Assembly (NCBI GenBank): GCA_964577555.1
Contig: CAZNZM010000006.1
Span: 32,979-64,978 of the forward strand
Source: an uncultured archaeon
GTDB lineage: Archaea > Iainarchaeota > Iainarchaeia > Iainarchaeales > Iainarchaeaceae
Direction of reading: 5' to 3'
Length of the DNA stretch: 32,000 bases
In this document: positions 28,087 to 32,000 of the stretch, piece after piece
How the letters are laid out: every line of letters begins with the position of its first letter
How positions within the stretch are numbered: position 1 is the stretch's first letter
Notes under the pieces: generated by a model
The model's database searches: none
What the model saw: the letters and a program-made list of their open reading frames with translations, nothing else
Told to the model about the DNA's origin: nothing
Translations under genes and position numbers: made by a program

Positions 28087-28803
28087 TCATTTTTCCCCAA
28101 CAATTTTGTTTGCCCTCAACAATTCATCAAAAGAACCAGCATCAAGCCATTCTTTTTCAAGCATGCTTGCAACAATGCTTCCGTCTTTTATATAATAATT
28201 GTGAATATCAGATATTTCAAGTTCGCCTCTGGCACTAGGTTTTAATGTTTTAATAACCTCAAAAACATGAGGCGTATACATATAAACTCCTACAACCACC
28301 AAATTAGTTGGCGGGTCTTTCGGCTTTTCAACCACTTTGACAACCTTACCCTTTTCAACTACAGCTACTCCAGCTTTTGCAGCTTCTTCCCTTGTAGTCT
28401 CATACAACAATATCCTTGCTTTTTCTTTCCCTCTTTCAAATTCCCTTACAAAAGGACTTATATCATCAAACAATATGTTGTCCCCGTTTATTGAAACAAA
28501 CTTGTCATTACCAACAAATTCTTTTGCAAGCCCTATTGCTTGCGGCAAACCGCCAGCCTCATCCTGCACTCTGAAAGTAAAATTCACTCCAAAATCCTTG
28601 CCAGAACCAAGCAAACTAAAAATATCCCCTGCATGATTAGTACCAGTAATAACAAGTATTTCCTTTATACCAGCTTTTTTTAGGGTTTCAATAGGATAAT
28701 AAATCATCGGTTTATTGTAAATTGGCAACAAATGCTTGTTAGTCACGTTTGTCAAAGGCCTCAACCTTGAACCAGTGCCACCAGCAAGAATAACACCTTT
28801 CAT
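28087..28803 (-). CDS. rmlA: Glucose-1-phosphate thymidylyltransferase-like sugar nucleotidyltransferase
   Basis: MKGVILAGGTGSRLRPLTNVTNKHLLPIYNKPMIYYPIETL; KFVSINGDNILFDD; ARGELEISDIHNYYI; EKEWLDAGSFDEL. Confidence 0.85.
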   Translation of the reverse strand: MKGVILAGGTGSRLRPLTNVTNKHLLPIYNKPMIYYPIETLKKAGIKEILVITGTNHAGDIFSLLGSGKDFGVNFTFRVQDEAGGLPQAIGLAKEFVGNDKFVSINGDNILFDDISPFVREFERGKEKARILLYETTREEAAKAGVAVVEKGKVVKVVEKPKDPPTNLVVVGVYMYTPHVFEVIKTLKPSARGELEISDIHNYYIKDGSIVASMLEKEWLDAGSFDELLRANKIVGEK

Positions 28804-28819
28804 GCAACCACCCAAAAAA

Positions 28820-29782
28820 TCATTTTTTTGCTTTTAATGGCTTCCACCACCACTCATTATTTTTATACCATTCAATTGTTTCCACAAGCCCATCATAAAA
28901 ATTCTTTTTAGGCTTCCAACCAAGAGCCATTAACTTTGAACTGTCAAGCGAATACCTTTTGTCATGCCCTGCCCTATCCTTAACAAACTGAATTTCAGAA
29001 TCGCTTTTGCCCATACAAGAAATTATTTTTTTAGCAACATCAATATTCCGCATTTCATTCCCGCCACCAATATTATAAATATTACCAGCCTTTCCTTTCT
29101 CCGCAACCAACATTATTCCATTACAATTGTCTTTCACCCAAAGCCAATCCCTAACATTTGTGCCATCGCCATAAACAGGAATTTTTTTACCTTCAATAAG
29201 ATTTGTTATCGCCAAAGGCAAAAACTTTTCAGGGTACTGATAAGGCCCATAATTATTAGAACTCCTTGTAACAACAACATTCAAATCATAAGTATTCGCA
29301 TAACTCAAAGCCAACAAATCACCTGCAGCCTTGCAAGCCGAATAAGGATTACGCGGCTCCAATTTGTCATCCTCACTACTAGAACCCTTTTCAATACTCC
29401 CATAAACCTCGTCAGTTGAAACTTGAACAAACCTCTCCACTTTGTTTTTTCTCGCAACATCCAACATAACCTTAGTACCCATGACATTAGTTTTGACAAA
29501 AGGATCAGAATCAATTATAGAATTATCAACATGACTCTCTGCCGCAAAATTAAAAACAACATCACAATCAACCATTGCCTTCTCAACAATTTTTTTATCA
29601 GCAATATCACCCTTCACAAACTCATAATTTTTTTTCTTCTCCAAACCCCTCAAATTATCCAAATTGCCGGCATAAGTCAACAAATCCAAGTTTACCACTT
29701 TTATACTTGTATTTTCAACAAGCATCCTGACAAAATTCGAACCAATGAATCCGCAACCGCCAGTTACAAGAACTTTTTCCAT
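28820..29782 (-). CDS. rmlB: dTDP-glucose 4,6-dehydratase
   Basis: VLVTGGCGFIGSNFVRMLVE; NFAAESHVDNSI; VSTDEVYGSI; YSACK; SNNYGPYQYPEKFLPLAITN. Confidence 0.9.
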   Translation of the reverse strand: MEKVLVTGGCGFIGSNFVRMLVENTSIKVVNLDLLTYAGNLDNLRGLEKKKNYEFVKGDIADKKIVEKAMVDCDVVFNFAAESHVDNSIIDSDPFVKTNVMGTKVMLDVARKNKVERFVQVSTDEVYGSIEKGSSSEDDKLEPRNPYSACKAAGDLLALSYANTYDLNVVVTRSSNNYGPYQYPEKFLPLAITNLIEGKKIPVYGDGTNVRDWLWVKDNCNGIMLVAEKGKAGNIYNIGGGNEMRNIDVAKKIISCMGKSDSEIQFVKDRAGHDKRYSLDSSKLMALGWKPKKNFYDGLVETIEWYKNNEWWWKPLKAKK

Positions 29783-29832
29783 ATAGTCACTTAAAAAAAT
29801 ACTAATTCAATTAAATAAATCCTTTTGGTTCA

Positions 29833-30759
29833 TTATTTTTCACCAACATAATTCAAATACCACTGAACAGTCCTTTTTATTCCTTCACCAATCATTACTT
29901 TTGGCTTAAAACCCAAAACCTTATTAGCCTTTGAAATATTAGCCGAAAACTTGACAACCTCCCCCTTTCTATTATCCCTAAAAATAATTGGCACCTTAAA
30001 ACCAAACTCCCTCTGCACCAAATCAGCCACCTTAGAAAGCTTCACACTCCTGCCAGAAGAAATATTATACACAGAATTCTTGGCACGTTCAAAATTCTCC
30101 ACACACTTCAAAACTCCATCAACAGCATCATCAATATAAGTAAAATCAAGCTCTTTATCCTTGCCATAAATCACCAAACTCTTGTCACTCTTGCAATTCC
30201 TAATAAAAGTCGGAACAAGCCTGTCACTCTTATCATACATTCCATAAACATTTGAAAACCTAGTAATAATAAAATCAATCCCATAACACCTTTTATAAGA
30301 CTGAACCAAAGCCTCGCCAGCTATTTTTGAAGCACTATAAGGACTCTCACAATAATCAATACTCACCTGATTCTCGCCAAGCTTCCCATTTTTAACATTA
30401 CCATATATTTCCCTGCTAGACGCAAAAATAAATCCAGGCACTTTCCTTTGCCTGCAAAATTCAAGAGCATTAAAAACAGTTTTCATATTATCAAGCGCAA
30501 GCTCAGGCTCAACCACCAAATTATAAACCCTCGCATTTGCCGCCAAATGTATAAAAAAATCCACATCACCCGGCAATTTCTCAAAAAACTTTTTTTCACG
30601 CATGTCAGAAATCATGGTTTTGGAATTAACTTGGGCACTCCATTCATTAGGCTTCAAATCAAGCCCAATCACTTCATAACCTTCTGAAATCAAACTTTCG
30701 CATAAACGAGTTCCAATAGTACCACTACTGCCGCTTACAACAATTTTTTTAGTCTTCAT
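29833..30759 (-). CDS. NAD-dependent SDR nucleotide-sugar epimerase/dehydratase
   Basis: KIVVSGSSGTIGTRLCESLISEG; HLAANARVYNLVVEP; ASSREIYG; YSASK. Start likely ATG 30759; the TTG at 30771 is less likely. Confidence 0.83.
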   Translation of the reverse strand: MKTKKIVVSGSSGTIGTRLCESLISEGYEVIGLDLKPNEWSAQVNSKTMISDMREKKFFEKLPGDVDFFIHLAANARVYNLVVEPELALDNMKTVFNALEFCRQRKVPGFIFASSREIYGNVKNGKLGENQVSIDYCESPYSASKIAGEALVQSYKRCYGIDFIITRFSNVYGMYDKSDRLVPTFIRNCKSDKSLVIYGKDKELDFTYIDDAVDGVLKCVENFERAKNSVYNISSGRSVKLSKVADLVQREFGFKVPIIFRDNRKGEVVKFSANISKANKVLGFKPKVMIGEGIKRTVQWYLNYVGEK

Positions 30760-30988
30760 AAAAAAAACCAAAATTCAAATAATTCTCATAACATCATTTT
30801 AATAAAACTTTTAAAAAAAGGTTCTAACACGAATAACACCTGCCAACGCCCCACAATTACATTATTCTACTATAATTTTTTAGCTCAAATTATTTTGTTT
30901 TCATTTTGTTTTTTCACTAAATTTTATTTGTTATTCTAAATCAACCAAAAAATCGGTGAAATATTTATTAAAAAAGGTTTTATTTTTT

Positions 30989-31867
30989 TTAAATCACTAA
31001 TTTTTTGAATTTTATGCTTCCAATGAGCCTGCTTGTTTTGACTGCCAAGACATAGCAGATTCCTAATAGTATTATTAACAAGGCGTGCAAAGGAGAGTTG
31101 TTTTTGATAAAGGTTATTCCTCTTGGACTGCTTAACTCAAATTTTCCGTTGTTTTTCCATAATCCAGTGGCTACTTTAAAGTCTTCTAATGGATCAACAA
31201 GGAAGCCATATTTTATGTGAAGAAAGTTTTCGCAAACTTTTGTAGGATGTTTTTTGTAAAGCAGGACATCGTTTTGGTGGTATTCAAGTCTTTTCAGTAC
31301 GTACTTTAAGAAGTTAAAAACGCCTTTCGGCTTGGTTTCTTTGTGGTCGTGGAAATATTTTGCTTCAACTTGCTTGAATTCATACCCCAAATCCATTATT
31401 TTGAATGTCAAATCCGTGTCTTCTCTGTAATATTTGTATTCTGGGTCGTAACCACCTACTTTGGTTAAAAGATATCGTCTGAATGCTGTTGAGGTTCCTC
31501 CGTATCCGCCATAAGAACTTACAACTCCGACTTTTTGCGAATCAAATCCGGATACTATTTTTTCTAGCCAATCTTTTTCCGCAATGCAATCATGATCCAT
31601 ATTAACTACTATTTCGTATTTTGATTTTTTTATTCCAAGGTTTCTTGCAGCGCAAACCCCAGAGTTTTTTTGATGAAACACTTTCAACTTGTTTTTGTCT
31701 TTGTGTTCAGCGTAGTTGTCCAATAATTCAGAGGTTCCGTCAGTGCTTCCGTCATCAACCACTATTATTTCGTATTTTCCATTAAATTTTTGTGATAGTA
31801 AGCTGTCCAAAACCCTTTCAATTGTTTTTTTTCCGTTATATGTGGCTACTACAATGCTTGCATTCAT
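30989..31867 (-). CDS. Family 2 glycosyltransferase
   Basis: MNASIVVATYNGKKTIERVLDSLLSQKF; VVDDGSTDGTSELLDN; MDHDCIAEKDWLEKI. Start alternatives at 31888 or 31867. Confidence 0.88.
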   Translation of the reverse strand: MNASIVVATYNGKKTIERVLDSLLSQKFNGKYEIIVVDDGSTDGTSELLDNYAEHKDKNKLKVFHQKNSGVCAARNLGIKKSKYEIVVNMDHDCIAEKDWLEKIVSGFDSQKVGVVSSYGGYGGTSTAFRRYLLTKVGGYDPEYKYYREDTDLTFKIMDLGYEFKQVEAKYFHDHKETKPKGVFNFLKYVLKRLEYHQNDVLLYKKHPTKVCENFLHIKYGFLVDPLEDFKVATGLWKNNGKFELSSPRGITFIKNNSPLHALLIILLGICYVLAVKTSRLIGSIKFKKLVI

Positions 31868-32000
31868 GTTTTTTGTCATCAAATTCACTTTTCCAAATAA
31901 TTTTCAATTATTTTTATTATGTTTCCATTTTCAAGTTTTTTCGGCTTGAATTCTTTCGCTTTTTCAATTGTTTCTTCAAGTTTGCTTGTTTCAGTTACTG
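31836..32000 (-). CDS. C-terminus of an upstream gene truncated by the right edge
   Basis: Open frame on the minus strand from the edge: VTETSKLEETIEKAKEFKPKKLENGNIIKIIENYLESEFDDKKHECKHCSSHI*. It overlaps the start of the GT2 gene. Confidence 0.4.

Noticed and set aside
30772-30988. Intergenic region with repeated ATTTTGTTTT and AAAAAAGGTT strings
   Set aside because: Simple low-complexity similarity only, with no regular spacing, CRISPR-like pattern or hairpin. Probably promoter/terminator background.
1-32000. Search for tRNA, rRNA, CRISPR arrays and transposase/integrase genes
   Set aside because: None could be supported by reading the sequence. A tRNAscan/Infernal/CRISPR finder run would be needed to exclude weak cases.

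Overview
This 32 kb AT-rich window is a dense surface-polysaccharide or glycoprotein-glycan biosynthesis locus. Leaderless-style spacing of TATA-like boxes to start codons and AglD/LPG-synthase-type flippase-like proteins suggest an archaeal source, possibly DPANN-like; this is an inference only. It encodes at least 8 glycosyltransferases, 3 multi-TM GT-C-like proteins, 2 flippase-like TM proteins (one fused to a GT-B enzyme), 1 Wzx/MATE-like flippase, 5 SDR nucleotide-sugar enzymes, a UDP-sugar dehydrogenase, RmlA/RmlB, and an HddA-GmhA-GmhB heptose module. It also encodes 3 SAM methyltransferases (one frameshifted) and a B12-binding-type radical SAM protein. The observations most worth following up are: (1) a DegT-family enzyme with His in place of the PLP Lys and without an E1-type Cys cluster, which looks like a ColD/RfbH-type sugar 3-dehydrase; (2) a heptose activation module with no HddC-like nucleotidyltransferase in the window; (3) the flippase-like/GT-B fusion; (4) a T-tract-dominated degenerate repeat array in a divergent intergenic region; and (5) a one-base frameshift in a methyltransferase gene at a homopolymer. 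I found no tRNA, rRNA, CRISPR array or transposase. I saw no clear novel defence-like system. All family calls come from reading motifs, with no database search.
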